This document shows, piece after piece, positions 1 through 9,664 of a stretch of 64,000 bases of DNA. This DNA is from Ignavibacteriota bacterium (GTDB lineage Bacteria; Bacteroidota; Ignavibacteria; UBA10030; BY39), in contig QOQV01000004.1 of assembly GCA_003327435.1 (NCBI GenBank), positions 130,467 through 194,466 on the forward strand. Direction: 5' to 3'. A program made the position numbers and the translations under genes. The notes beneath the pieces are model-generated. The model had not been told where the DNA came from, made no database searches, and was given only the letters and a program-made list of their open reading frames with translations. Positions within the stretch are counted from its first letter, which is position 1. Every line of letters starts with the position of its first letter.

Positions 1-466
1 AACCGGCAAAGAATTTTAAAGCCAGTGGTAGCATTATAAAATAGGCAAACAACACACCTGCGATAAAACAAAATGTCGAGAATATTACTATACTTGAAAT
101 ATATTTTCTTTCTCTTGGTAACAGTCCAGGTGCAATAAATTTCCAGAGTTGATAGAAAAAATTTGGTAAGCTGAATAAAACACCACCGATAATTGTTATT
201 TCCATATATAACAGAATTTGACCGAAGGGCTTCAAGTTTTGTAGGCGAATTTGAGGACCAGATGGGTTTTCAATATTGATTTTGTTCACTGGCGAAATCA
301 GTATTTGATTTACAATGAAATCAATGAAAATCCAGCATATAACAGCGCCTATTATAATACCAATTAATATTTTTATAATTCTCCATCTGAGCTCTTCGAG
401 ATGATCCAAGAAAGTCATCTCTTTTTCTTCTATCTCTGCTGGAGTATTTTTATTTTCTCTCATCAT
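1..466 (-). CDS. tatC: Sec-independent protein translocase TatC (C-terminus lies beyond the window start)
   Basis: Minus-strand translation from ATG at 466 gives [34 protein letters not shown], followed by multiple TM segments. The HLEELR(W)R motif is the TatC signature. The start overlaps the glyA stop (TGATG). Confidence 0.8.
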   Translation of the reverse strand, partial: MMRENKNTPAEIEEKEMTFLDHLEELRWRIIKILIGIIIGAVICWIFIDFIVNQILISPVNKINIENPSGPQIRLQNLKPFGQILLYMEITIIGGVLFSLPNFFYQLWKFIAPGLLPRERKYISSIVIFSTFCFIAGVLFAYFIMLPLALKFFAG

Positions 467-1770
467 CAACTAAGATTTTGCAATTCAGGATAAAGCGGAA
501 ATTTTTTGCAAAGTTCTATAACGCTCTGTTCTACTTCCTTATAAATTTTTTCGTTACCGATATTTGATAATACTTTGTTTATCATCTCAGCAATCAACTC
601 CATTTCTGGTTCTTTCATACCACGGGTTGTAACTGCTGGTGTACCGATTCTTATTCCGCTTGTTATCAAAGGACTTTTATCATCGAATGGGACAGCATTT
701 TTATTGACAGTAATTCCTGCCTGGTCGAGTGCTTCCTGAGCATCTTTACCTGTGAGGTTTTTATTTCTTAAATCAATTAGCATCAAGTGATTATCCGTTC
801 CGTTGGAAATTATATAATAACCCAACGAAATTAATTTATTTGCAAGTGTCTGCGCATTTTTGATTACCTGTCGTGCATAAGTTTCGAATTCGGGTTGTAG
901 ATTTTCAAGAAACCCAACGGCTTTTGCAGCAATTACATGCATTAGTGGCCCGCCTTGAATACCAGGAATTACCATTGAATCAATTAATTCAGACATCATT
1001 TTTCTTCTACCTGATTTTGGAGCGGTAATACCAAAGGGATTTTCATAATCTTTTCCAATAAGAATCAATCCACCACGAGGTCCTCTTAATGTTTTATGAG
1101 TAGTTGAAGTCACAACATGGCAATATGGTAGTGGATCGTTCAAAAGTTTTTTAGCAATTAGTCCGGCAGGATGAGCAATATCAGCAAACAGGAAAGCTCC
1201 AACTTTATCAGCAATTTCCCTGAAAGCTTTATAATCAATATTTCGTGAATAAGCACTTGCACCAACGGTAATCATTTTAGGTTTCTCTTTAAGGACAATT
1301 GTTTCAACTTCATCGTAATCGATATAGCCGGTTTCTTTTTTTACACCGTATGGCACGAAATTATATAGCTGACCTGAGAAGTTAACAGGTGAGCCGTGTG
1401 TGAGGTGGCCACCGTGTGAGAGATTCATACCTACTACTTTATCGCCAGGTTTTAAGAATGAAAAATACACAGCCATATTTGCTTGAGAACCAGAATGAGG
1501 TTGAACATTTGCGTATTCAGCGCCAAAAAGTTTTTTAACTCTTTCGCGCGCGAGATTCTCTGCAATATCAACGAAATCACAACCGCCATAGTATCGCTTT
1601 CCAGGATAACCTTCAGCATATTTATTTGTCATAACCGAACCCATTGCTTGCATAACTGCTAAACTCACAAAGTTTTCGGATGCTATTAACTCGAGTTTAG
1701 TATTTTGTCGGTTAATTTCTTTTCTTAGTGCGTCGAATATTTCCGGGTCAGATTTTAATAAACTATTCAT
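466..1770 (-). CDS. glyA: serine hydroxymethyltransferase
   Basis: 434 aa. PLP-lysine motif [12 protein letters not shown], and GGHLTHG are present. Full-length SHMT architecture. Confidence 0.95.
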   Translation of the reverse strand: MNSLLKSDPEIFDALRKEINRQNTKLELIASENFVSLAVMQAMGSVMTNKYAEGYPGKRYYGGCDFVDIAENLARERVKKLFGAEYANVQPHSGSQANMAVYFSFLKPGDKVVGMNLSHGGHLTHGSPVNFSGQLYNFVPYGVKKETGYIDYDEVETIVLKEKPKMITVGASAYSRNIDYKAFREIADKVGAFLFADIAHPAGLIAKKLLNDPLPYCHVVTSTTHKTLRGPRGGLILIGKDYENPFGITAPKSGRRKMMSELIDSMVIPGIQGGPLMHVIAAKAVGFLENLQPEFETYARQVIKNAQTLANKLISLGYYIISNGTDNHLMLIDLRNKNLTGKDAQEALDQAGITVNKNAVPFDDKSPLITSGIRIGTPAVTTRGMKEPEMELIAEMINKVLSNIGNEKIYKEVEQSVIELCKKFPLYPELQNLS

Positions 1771-1783
1771 AATTACCTCAATT

Positions 1784-2224
1784 TTAAATACCTGTTAACT
1801 GATGAATTTTTTGAATTCTTTTTGAGTGCCTACCACCTTCAAATTCTGTCTCAAGAAATATTTTTGTAATTTCTTTAGCTTTATCAATTGTTATTATTCT
1901 TGCACCAAGGCAAAGAATATTTGCATCATTATGCAGGCGCGAATATTTTGCAGATTCCTGAGATTCGCATACAGCTGCACGCACGCCCATAATTTTATTT
2001 GCCGCAATCGACATACCTATGCCTGTTCCGCAAATCAAAATTCCATATTTAAAATCTTTTGATGAAATTACTTTTGCCACTTCTACTGCATAATCGGGAT
2101 AATCTACGGATTCACTACTATTTGTACCAAAATCTTTATAATCGAACCCGAGTTCGTTTAAATACTTCTTGAGTTCTTCTTTCATGTTATAACCTGCATG
2201 GTCACTTGCAATTGCAACCTTCAT
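1784..2224 (-). CDS. rpiB: ribose-5-phosphate isomerase B (RpiB/LacAB family)
   Basis: [11 protein letters not shown]...[14 protein letters not shown] is the RpiB signature. Start moved to the internal ATG at 2224, which is preceded by GGAG; the ORF-track start at 2269 overlaps the upstream gene. Confidence 0.85.
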   Translation of the reverse strand: MKVAIASDHAGYNMKEELKKYLNELGFDYKDFGTNSSESVDYPDYAVEVAKVISSKDFKYGILICGTGIGMSIAANKIMGVRAAVCESQESAKYSRLHNDANILCLGARIITIDKAKEITKIFLETEFEGGRHSKRIQKIHQLTGI

Positions 2225-2228
2225 AAAA

Positions 2229-3470
2229 TCACTCCTCTTCTGGACGAACGAACCAGAGCTCCGTCCCAATTAATCCAATTGTTAGTTTGTAAATTTTATC
2301 TCTTTGAACTTTTTTATCACCTCTTACGCTATACTCAAATCCAAGTGCAAGTCGTGTATCTCCGAAAATCGGGAAGTCAGTTCCAATTGTAAAGCCCAAC
2401 TCATCAATATCAACTGAATTTACACGCAAATAGGATTGATTATAGAACATACCAGCACGATAACCAAATCTTTGCAGTTGTGAAACTTTTCCAGTATATG
2501 GTATAATTTCCAAGCCAAAACTATAACGCAAATTATTCTTGAATTTTCCATCCATATCTACAATTGGCTGTGTGCTGCTCCAGTTTTGAAAATAAATATC
2601 CGATGTTAACAGGTAACGCTTATTGTAAACATAAGAGATTCCAAATCCCAATGCAGCTGGAATTTGAAGTTTGCTTTTTCCCATCAACAGAGTATCCTGT
2701 GTAACCAATCTTTGATTAAAATAGAAATCGAAATAACGATTAACTTCTGCATTCAAGTTAAATTGATTTGAATAAATAAAACCAAAATTTATTTGATGAG
2801 CTTCTTTTAAGCCAATTAGTTTCCCTAAACCTGAATAAATCAGACCAAAAGTTCCATTGAGATTATAAAGTTTTGTTACTCGATAAATTTCTGTTTTAGA
2901 GGCACCTGCATTTTGCGTTATCTGATGATATATGTTACCAAAAATGTAGTTTAATTTTAGACCCAATGAGAGCTCATTAATCAAATTGAAAGATGCTGAC
3001 AAATAAGCATTTGATAAACCACCATCACCTTTGTATTCGAGTTCATTTGAGAAATTTTCTATTACAACATTTTTTTTGATAGTGTAATCTACAGAACTAT
3101 AAGGAATTAATCCAAGATTTGTTGTAATACCTTTTGATGTGGAAAGTGGAATGGTTAAATCGAAACCGAAAAATTTGAAACTACTCAAAAAATTATTTGC
3201 TTTTGTATCCTGGATATGCATCCCATTATAATAAGCATCTGCGGAAAAAACAGTTTTTCCAATTAAATTTAATCCAGCAGGGTTTAAGCGATTTGAATAA
3301 TATATTGAAGAAAGTGAAATGCCTGTAGCAGCTCTACCAGAGCTTATTACGTTCTGCGGTATTAAAATATTTCCAATCCCAAACTTCGAGTATGGTGAAT
3401 CTGCTGCAAATAAATTATTGCAACTTACAATAAATAATAGTATAAAAATTTTATTTCTTATAATTTTCAT
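2229..3470 (-). CDS. outer-membrane beta-barrel protein (FadL/PorV-like fold suspected), unknown function
   Basis: Signal peptide MKIIRNKIFILLFIVSCNNLFAAD. Alternating amphipathic beta-strand pattern, rich in aromatic, Gly and Asn residues. Sits in an operon with the lipoprotein gene. Confidence 0.5.
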   Translation of the reverse strand: MKIIRNKIFILLFIVSCNNLFAADSPYSKFGIGNILIPQNVISSGRAATGISLSSIYYSNRLNPAGLNLIGKTVFSADAYYNGMHIQDTKANNFLSSFKFFGFDLTIPLSTSKGITTNLGLIPYSSVDYTIKKNVVIENFSNELEYKGDGGLSNAYLSASFNLINELSLGLKLNYIFGNIYHQITQNAGASKTEIYRVTKLYNLNGTFGLIYSGLGKLIGLKEAHQINFGFIYSNQFNLNAEVNRYFDFYFNQRLVTQDTLLMGKSKLQIPAALGFGISYVYNKRYLLTSDIYFQNWSSTQPIVDMDGKFKNNLRYSFGLEIIPYTGKVSQLQRFGYRAGMFYNQSYLRVNSVDIDELGFTIGTDFPIFGDTRLALGFEYSVRGDKKVQRDKIYKLTIGLIGTELWFVRPEEE

Positions 3471-4615
3471 GGTAACCTCAAATATTTAATCTGAAGGCGA
3501 GGTGGTTTTGAAGAATAGCTATTGAATATTGCTATCCTATCAATTTCCGTAAACTCATTGTATGCGCGTAATGCAATACCATAGTTGGGTTTACGAGCAA
3601 TCCATTTTTGAACGATTTGCTGGATATTTATAATTATTGAATCACCTGAAAGTGTATTATCTGCAGCAAGTGAACCTAACTTCGGAATTGAATCCTCCGA
3701 GATAATTTCCTGAACCTGAATTTTTTTAAGTGAGAAAGGACTGAATCTTGAGAAATTAGTATCAACATATAAAATTAGATTTGCCTGCAGTAAACTTGAA
3801 GCTCTCGGAATTGAATCTATGGAAAAATTGCAAACTCCTCTTTTAATCAAACCACCCTGAAGAATCAATATATTATTAGGATACGACTGAACACTTCCGC
3901 TAAAGACAGTCGCATCTTGCTTTACTTTCAGTATAAGTGTTTTGGAGCTGGTATCTTCAGGAAGCTGGTATGTAATGACCAATTCAGGTTCATCATACGA
4001 GAATAGATCCCCGGATTTAAATCCAACTACATAGTTATTGTTTGGTTTTGGTATGAAAATGATTCCAAAATTTTCTAAACCCTGTAACCAGTTTTTAACT
4101 AATGCAGAGTTAATTACAAATTTTACTGGGAGAGTGTCTTTTGAATACACATTTAAATCATAATCAGCAACGGGTACAGGATCGTAACTATCAGAATTCA
4201 AGCTATCGATTGTAAAAGAATAATCGTTCCAGGACTTAAGCATTTTATGAATTGAGAAGGAAAGAACCCCGGAGGTATCAGGCATTGAGTAAATTTGTCG
4301 CATCTTTATCTCAGTGCTGATGATAGAATTTAAAAACACAGAATCGACAGCCGTTGTAGTAAACTGAATTAATGTTTTAGCTTCGATAACATTGTTCCCA
4401 TCCACATATTTACCAACCATTATGGTAGATGAATTATTGCTCGTGGTTAAATTATACCCTCTGGATGATAATGAATTCAGATTTATTGTGTAGCTAATAA
4501 AATTCTCGTTATTTGAAAGCAGGTCTTCACCTACAGAGTTGGGTTCTTTCGAGCAATTACTCAGCAGAAATGTCATCAACAATATCGGAAAAATGTTTTT
4601 AATTTTTTTCATCAT
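3467..4615 (-). CDS. lipoprotein, unknown function
   Basis: Lipobox-type signal MMKKIKNIFPILLMTFLLSNC|S. 382 aa, no recognisable catalytic motif. There is a 4-bp overlap (ATGA) with the downstream OMP gene. Confidence 0.55.
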   Translation of the reverse strand: MMKKIKNIFPILLMTFLLSNCSKEPNSVGEDLLSNNENFISYTINLNSLSSRGYNLTTSNNSSTIMVGKYVDGNNVIEAKTLIQFTTTAVDSVFLNSIISTEIKMRQIYSMPDTSGVLSFSIHKMLKSWNDYSFTIDSLNSDSYDPVPVADYDLNVYSKDTLPVKFVINSALVKNWLQGLENFGIIFIPKPNNNYVVGFKSGDLFSYDEPELVITYQLPEDTSSKTLILKVKQDATVFSGSVQSYPNNILILQGGLIKRGVCNFSIDSIPRASSLLQANLILYVDTNFSRFSPFSLKKIQVQEIISEDSIPKLGSLAADNTLSGDSIIINIQQIVQKWIARKPNYGIALRAYNEFTEIDRIAIFNSYSSKPPRLQIKYLRLP

Positions 4616-5198
4616 TATGTTTATCTGATTTAATTTTATTTTTTATGAATTGAATAGCATCGTACAAATCTTCTGCAATATAATCAATTTTTATATTACT
4701 TTTTTGAATTTCTTCAATTTGGAATTTTCCATATCCGGTTTTAACAAGAATCCCGACAGCACCTACAGCGTGAGCAGTTTGTACATCAATTATCCTGTCG
4801 CCAACTACAAAGGATTTTTTAAGGTTTATACCAAACTCCTTCTCCGCCTGTCGAAGCATACCAGAATTAGGCTTTCGACATTCGCATTCCATCCTGTAGG
4901 GTGGTTCACCGTATTCAGGGTGATGTGGGCAGAAATAAATTGCATCCAGGTGTGCACCCTCTTTATTTAAAAGTTCAACCAGGGTGTTATGAACGGCTGT
5001 TAGTTGATCTTCTTTAATAAAACCTCTTGCAATTCCAGATTGGTTTGTAATAACAAAAACTTTAAGTCCCATTTGATTGGCTTCTCTTATTGCCTCAGCT
5101 GAGCGGGGAATCAACTTAACTTCATCAGGTGAGGAAATAAATTCTAATTCTTCGTTTATCGTTCCATCCCTGTCGAGAAATATTCCAATGTCGTTCAT
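4599..5198 (-). CDS. gmhB: D-glycero-D-manno-heptose 1,7-bisphosphate phosphatase / HAD-IIIA histidinol-phosphatase-like
   Basis: HAD motif I FLDRDGT. Zn-binding CPHHP...CECRKP loop typical of GmhB. About 190 aa. Confidence 0.75.
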   Translation of the reverse strand: MNDIGIFLDRDGTINEELEFISSPDEVKLIPRSAEAIREANQMGLKVFVITNQSGIARGFIKEDQLTAVHNTLVELLNKEGAHLDAIYFCPHHPEYGEPPYRMECECRKPNSGMLRQAEKEFGINLKKSFVVGDRIIDVQTAHAVGAVGILVKTGYGKFQIEEIQKSNIKIDYIAEDLYDAIQFIKNKIKSDKHNDEKN

Positions 5199-5214
5199 CT
5201 TCAGGAAAAGAATT

Positions 5215-6684
5215 TTATTTAATCAAATTTTTATAAAGCTTCACATATTTTTTAGCGGAGTTTCGCCAGGAAAAATCCTGCTTCATTCCATTAATCATCA
5301 ATTTTTTCCATAAAGTTTTATCTTTAAAAATCTCCAGCGCTAATTTAACAGCATTCAATAGAGCATCTCTATTATATTCATAGAACTTAAAGCCAGTGCC
5401 GCTCTGCTCATCCCGATTAAATTGTACAATGCTATCGTCAAGGCCACCTGTTGCTCGAACGATTGGTACGGTGCCATACTTTAAACTGTAAAGTTGATTC
5501 AATCCACAGGGTTCGTATCTTGAAGGCATAAGGAACATATCGCTGCCCGCTTCAATCAAATGAGCAAGCTCTTCACTGAAGCCGATATAAATTCCAACTT
5601 TTTCTGGATATTGAGCTTCTAATCTTTCAAGAAAGTTTTGAAATTTCTGTTCACCCACACCTAAAACAACTAATTGTAACGGCATTTGCATTAACTCATC
5701 AGCTGCAGCTTCGATTAAATCAAATCCTTTCTGATCTGCAAGTCGGGATATTATACCTATGGTTGGGATATTTTCATCAAACGGTAAATTAAATCTTTTT
5801 AGCAATTCTTTTTTATTCAGAATTTTTTTTGTTAGATCCCGGCTATTATATTTTTTGGGAATATATTTATCCCGCGAAGGACTCCAGTTAGTATAATCAA
5901 CACCGTTCAGTATTCCATACAGATCTGATTTTCGATTTTTTAAAACACCCTCAAGACCATAACCATAATCAACAGATGAACAAATTTCTTCAGCGTATTT
6001 TTCACTCACAGTCGTGATTTTATCTGCGAAGATAATTCCTGCCTTCATGAAATTTATTCGATCATAAAATTCAAATCCATCAATCGAGAAAAATTCCCAT
6101 GAAAGTCCTATTTTATAATACTCACCTTTATCAAAAATTCCCTGATATGCAAGATTGTGTATTGTATAAATTGATTTTGTTTTATTATAAAAAGGATCTT
6201 CTGAATATAAGGTTTTGAGATATACAGGAATCAAACCTGTTTGCCAATCATTGCAATGTATAATATGTGGTTTTAAATTAATTTTTTTAGCAGCTTCCAG
6301 AATACCTCTTGAAAAGAAGATAAATCTTTCCATATTATCAGAGTAATCAGAATTCGACACCGGATCCACATAAAGTCCGGATCTGCCATAATAATGGTCG
6401 TTTACAACAAAATAAACTTTAAGATTCTCTTCTATCTGTAAACTTTTCAGTTTACCCTCGAGTAGTTTCTCGCCAATTTGTATTTGGAATTCCGAATTTG
6501 GTACATCCTGCAGGTTATACTTATTATCATCTATTACAGCATATTTTGGTGTAAAGATACTGACATTTATACCTTGCTTTTGTAACTCTTTGGGTAGTGC
6601 ATAAGACACATCAGCCAAACCACCTGTTTTTGAGAATGGAGATACTTCGCTTGATATAAAAAATAATTCTATTTTTTTGCTCAT
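5215..6684 (-). CDS. glgA: glycogen synthase (ADP-glucose type)
   Basis: N-terminal SPFSKTGGLADV (KTGGL motif). GT5/GT1 C-terminal domain. Start set at the internal ATG at 6684 (MSKKIELFF); the ORF track extends 23 codons further upstream. Confidence 0.85.
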   Translation of the reverse strand: MSKKIELFFISSEVSPFSKTGGLADVSYALPKELQKQGINVSIFTPKYAVIDDNKYNLQDVPNSEFQIQIGEKLLEGKLKSLQIEENLKVYFVVNDHYYGRSGLYVDPVSNSDYSDNMERFIFFSRGILEAAKKINLKPHIIHCNDWQTGLIPVYLKTLYSEDPFYNKTKSIYTIHNLAYQGIFDKGEYYKIGLSWEFFSIDGFEFYDRINFMKAGIIFADKITTVSEKYAEEICSSVDYGYGLEGVLKNRKSDLYGILNGVDYTNWSPSRDKYIPKKYNSRDLTKKILNKKELLKRFNLPFDENIPTIGIISRLADQKGFDLIEAAADELMQMPLQLVVLGVGEQKFQNFLERLEAQYPEKVGIYIGFSEELAHLIEAGSDMFLMPSRYEPCGLNQLYSLKYGTVPIVRATGGLDDSIVQFNRDEQSGTGFKFYEYNRDALLNAVKLALEIFKDKTLWKKLMINGMKQDFSWRNSAKKYVKLYKNLIK

Positions 6685-6835
6685 TTTTTTAGTTTCTCGT
6701 TTGTTTTCAACAATTTTTCTATTCAAGTTACAAATTTTGGAGGATAGATACAAATAACTTTTCTATATAATTATTGCTTTTTACCTATTCTTTTTTTAAA
6801 ATACACAATAATAAAATAATCATTTAAGGAGTAAT

Positions 6836-9664
6836 ATGTACATTAGAAAATTTTTCTTTATTATTGGTTTATCATTTCTTTTTTCTTTCCTGTTAGCTCA
6901 GGAATCAAAATACATTACAGTTGAAATTCAATTTAAAGAGAACCAATCACTTGAAACCTTATTGGAGTTTCTCCCTAAAGCTTATGTTCAACAGCAGGAC
7001 AATGAAAAAGCAATAATTAAAATCTTACCTCAAGAATTTTATGCAATTAGAGCAAGTACTTACCCATACAAGGTTCTTGAAATTCCTAAAAGCGAATTTT
7101 TAGAATATAAAGCAACAAAAGGAGCAGGTCTACCAAATCAGGTGATACAAACTTTAGTGAACAATGTTTCTCAGGATTCTTTGGCTTCTTATATATTAAC
7201 ATTGCAAAACTTTGGAACTCGTTATGAGTATTCACCCAAGCAGGATTCGGCAGGTGTATATATATATAATAAATTTGTTGAATGGGGTTTACAGGCAGAA
7301 TTTGACACATATGCTTTTGGCACCACAACTATTTACGATATTGATTTCGTAAGTCCATCAATTGGCTGGTTGGTGGGAACAGGTGGGATGATTGTAAAGA
7401 CAACTGATGCAGGTGAATCCTGGTTTTCACAACCGAGTGGGACAACTCTTGAATTATACGGTGTTGACTTTATAGATGAAAATACTGGATTTGCAGTTGG
7501 ACAAAGCGGTCTGATTTTGAAAACAACAAACGGTGGTAGCACCTGGGTCACACAAACAAGCGGAGTAACAAACTCTTTATATGATGTTAATTTTGTTGAT
7601 TCACAGCTCGGCTTAATTGTGGGCTCAAGTGGAAGAATTTTAAGAACAACCAACGGAGGAACAAACTGGAGTACTATTACTTCGGGAACAACTCAAACTT
7701 TGCGAGAGTTACAATTCGTGGATGCTTCAAATGCCTGGGCTGTTGGGACTTCTGCAACTATTCGTCGTAGTACAGACGGTGGATTAACCTGGACAGCACA
7801 ATCACCACCTGCTGGTGTAACAAACTACTTGCGAGCCGTATCGTTCATAAATAATCAAAATGGATGGATAGTTGGCGATGGAAAAGTAATTTTAAAAACT
7901 ACAAATGGTGGAATAAATTGGGTTCGCAAAAATGTGCCTGCTGGACTTGATTCAATTATTCGTGGGGTTTCATTTACCGATTTACAAAACGGATGGGCTG
8001 TTGATTATTCTGGAATAATTATTAAAACAACAGATGGTGGAGAAAACTGGTCAGTCACTTATTCCCATTCAGGTTGGAGCAGTAGATTTACAAATATAAA
8101 AGCTGCCAACATAAACAATGTATACGCCTGTGGTTCATATGGATATCTTTATAAAACCTCCAATGGTGGGAACGAATGGATTAATAAAACTTCCTCCCTA
8201 CCTTCTCAATATATTCACATATCAAACAACATTGTTGCAACAATACAGGGTTCTGTGCATCCCGAAAAAGAATGTGTAATTGTTGCCCATTATGATTCAT
8301 ATAGTCGTACCAATCCAACAGTTACAGCACCTGGAGCAAATGATAACGCTACTGGGACTGCAGCAGTGATGGAAGCTGCACGGGTATGTGCTGGAAAATT
8401 ATTTGAAAATACAATACGATTTGTAGCAGTTTCTGGAGAAGAGCTGGGAATGTTCGGAAGCGACCACTATGCATTTAAAGCAAGAGATGAAGGCAGAAAC
8501 ATTATCGGCGCTATTAATGGAGATATGATTGGATATCCAACAACGGCTGATACAGCACGCTTGGTAGTGGGAAGTTATCAGACCACCAACCGCCTTGTGG
8601 ATTCATCTTTTGTTTATAACCAACGCTACGGCATAGGATTAACATTGACTGCTATCGTAGATTTTACTGGAGCCAGTGATTATGGACCATTTGCACTCGC
8701 CGGCTATGATGCTCTTGATGTCGCTGAAGCTACTGCAGAAGAAATCTGGGGCGGTGCAGATCCATACTATCACACACCTCAAGACACTTACGATAAACTT
8801 AAACCAAGTTTAATCCGCAAAGGAGCTCAATTAATGCTTGCCTCTGTGGCGGAACTCGCTAAACCAGTTGTACTCGGAAGCATAAATGGCAAAATATATT
8901 ATGATTTAAACAGAGACAGTTCTACTGTTGGAGATTCTACACTTTCCGGATGGGTAGTAAAACTTTATAAAAACGGAATATTACAGGATCGTACTATAAG
9001 CGATGAAAATGGATATTACAATTTTAAAAATCTTCCACGCGATACTTATACTGTTGAAGAAAGTTTACATACTAACTGGTATCAATCGATACCCAGATAC
9101 GATCATCCGAATTTTACAAATACAATATACGGTGAAAACGCAGGTAAGAAAGCTTATGTTTTAGATTTAACAACAAATACAGATTTTAATTCAATAGATT
9201 TTGGAAATTATTCGAAAATACTATTGCAAACTTATCATTACAACAGCGGGTGGAATCTGGTTTCTATTCCAATAAAATTAGAGGATTATTCGCTGAATAA
9301 TGTATTTCCAAATTCAAATTCAAATGCCTTTAAATACGACGGTGGATATATTTCTACAACTACATTATCGAACCAGATAGGTTACTGGTTAAAATTTCAA
9401 AATCCATCTGATATCCAATTATATGGTGAAGAAATTAATACAGACACCATAGATGTAAAAGCTGGATGGAATCTGATAGGTTCTATTATCGAACCAATTC
9501 ATATTAGTTCGATTACTACAATTCCAGATGGAATAATCGGTTCTAATTTCTATGAATATCTAAACGGTTACAAAAAAGCAGATATAATAATGCCGGGTAA
9601 GGGTTACTGGATAAAAGCCAACTCAGACGGCAAACTAATACTGACAAAACAATATAAAAAGTGA
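6836..9664 (+). CDS. secreted M28-family aminopeptidase with an inserted 7-bladed BNR/Ycf48-like beta-propeller, a CnaB/SdrD-like domain and an unknown C-terminal domain
   Basis: Signal peptide present. Seven xTxDGGxxW repeats (TTDAGESW, TTNGGSTW, TTNGGTNW, STDGGLTW, TTNGGINW, TTDGGENW, TSNGGNEW). M28 motifs HYDSY, GANDNATG, SGEELGMFGS, GDMIGYP, SDYGPFA and YHTPQD. AGGAG ribosome-binding site upstream. Confidence 0.8.
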   Translation: MYIRKFFFIIGLSFLFSFLLAQESKYITVEIQFKENQSLETLLEFLPKAYVQQQDNEKAIIKILPQEFYAIRASTYPYKVLEIPKSEFLEYKATKGAGLPNQVIQTLVNNVSQDSLASYILTLQNFGTRYEYSPKQDSAGVYIYNKFVEWGLQAEFDTYAFGTTTIYDIDFVSPSIGWLVGTGGMIVKTTDAGESWFSQPSGTTLELYGVDFIDENTGFAVGQSGLILKTTNGGSTWVTQTSGVTNSLYDVNFVDSQLGLIVGSSGRILRTTNGGTNWSTITSGTTQTLRELQFVDASNAWAVGTSATIRRSTDGGLTWTAQSPPAGVTNYLRAVSFINNQNGWIVGDGKVILKTTNGGINWVRKNVPAGLDSIIRGVSFTDLQNGWAVDYSGIIIKTTDGGENWSVTYSHSGWSSRFTNIKAANINNVYACGSYGYLYKTSNGGNEWINKTSSLPSQYIHISNNIVATIQGSVHPEKECVIVAHYDSYSRTNPTVTAPGANDNATGTAAVMEAARVCAGKLFENTIRFVAVSGEELGMFGSDHYAFKARDEGRNIIGAINGDMIGYPTTADTARLVVGSYQTTNRLVDSSFVYNQRYGIGLTLTAIVDFTGASDYGPFALAGYDALDVAEATAEEIWGGADPYYHTPQDTYDKLKPSLIRKGAQLMLASVAELAKPVVLGSINGKIYYDLNRDSSTVGDSTLSGWVVKLYKNGILQDRTISDENGYYNFKNLPRDTYTVEESLHTNWYQSIPRYDHPNFTNTIYGENAGKKAYVLDLTTNTDFNSIDFGNYSKILLQTYHYNSGWNLVSIPIKLEDYSLNNVFPNSNSNAFKYDGGYISTTTLSNQIGYWLKFQNPSDIQLYGEEINTDTIDVKAGWNLIGSIIEPIHISSITTIPDGIIGSNFYEYLNGYKKADIIMPGKGYWIKANSDGKLILTKQYKK

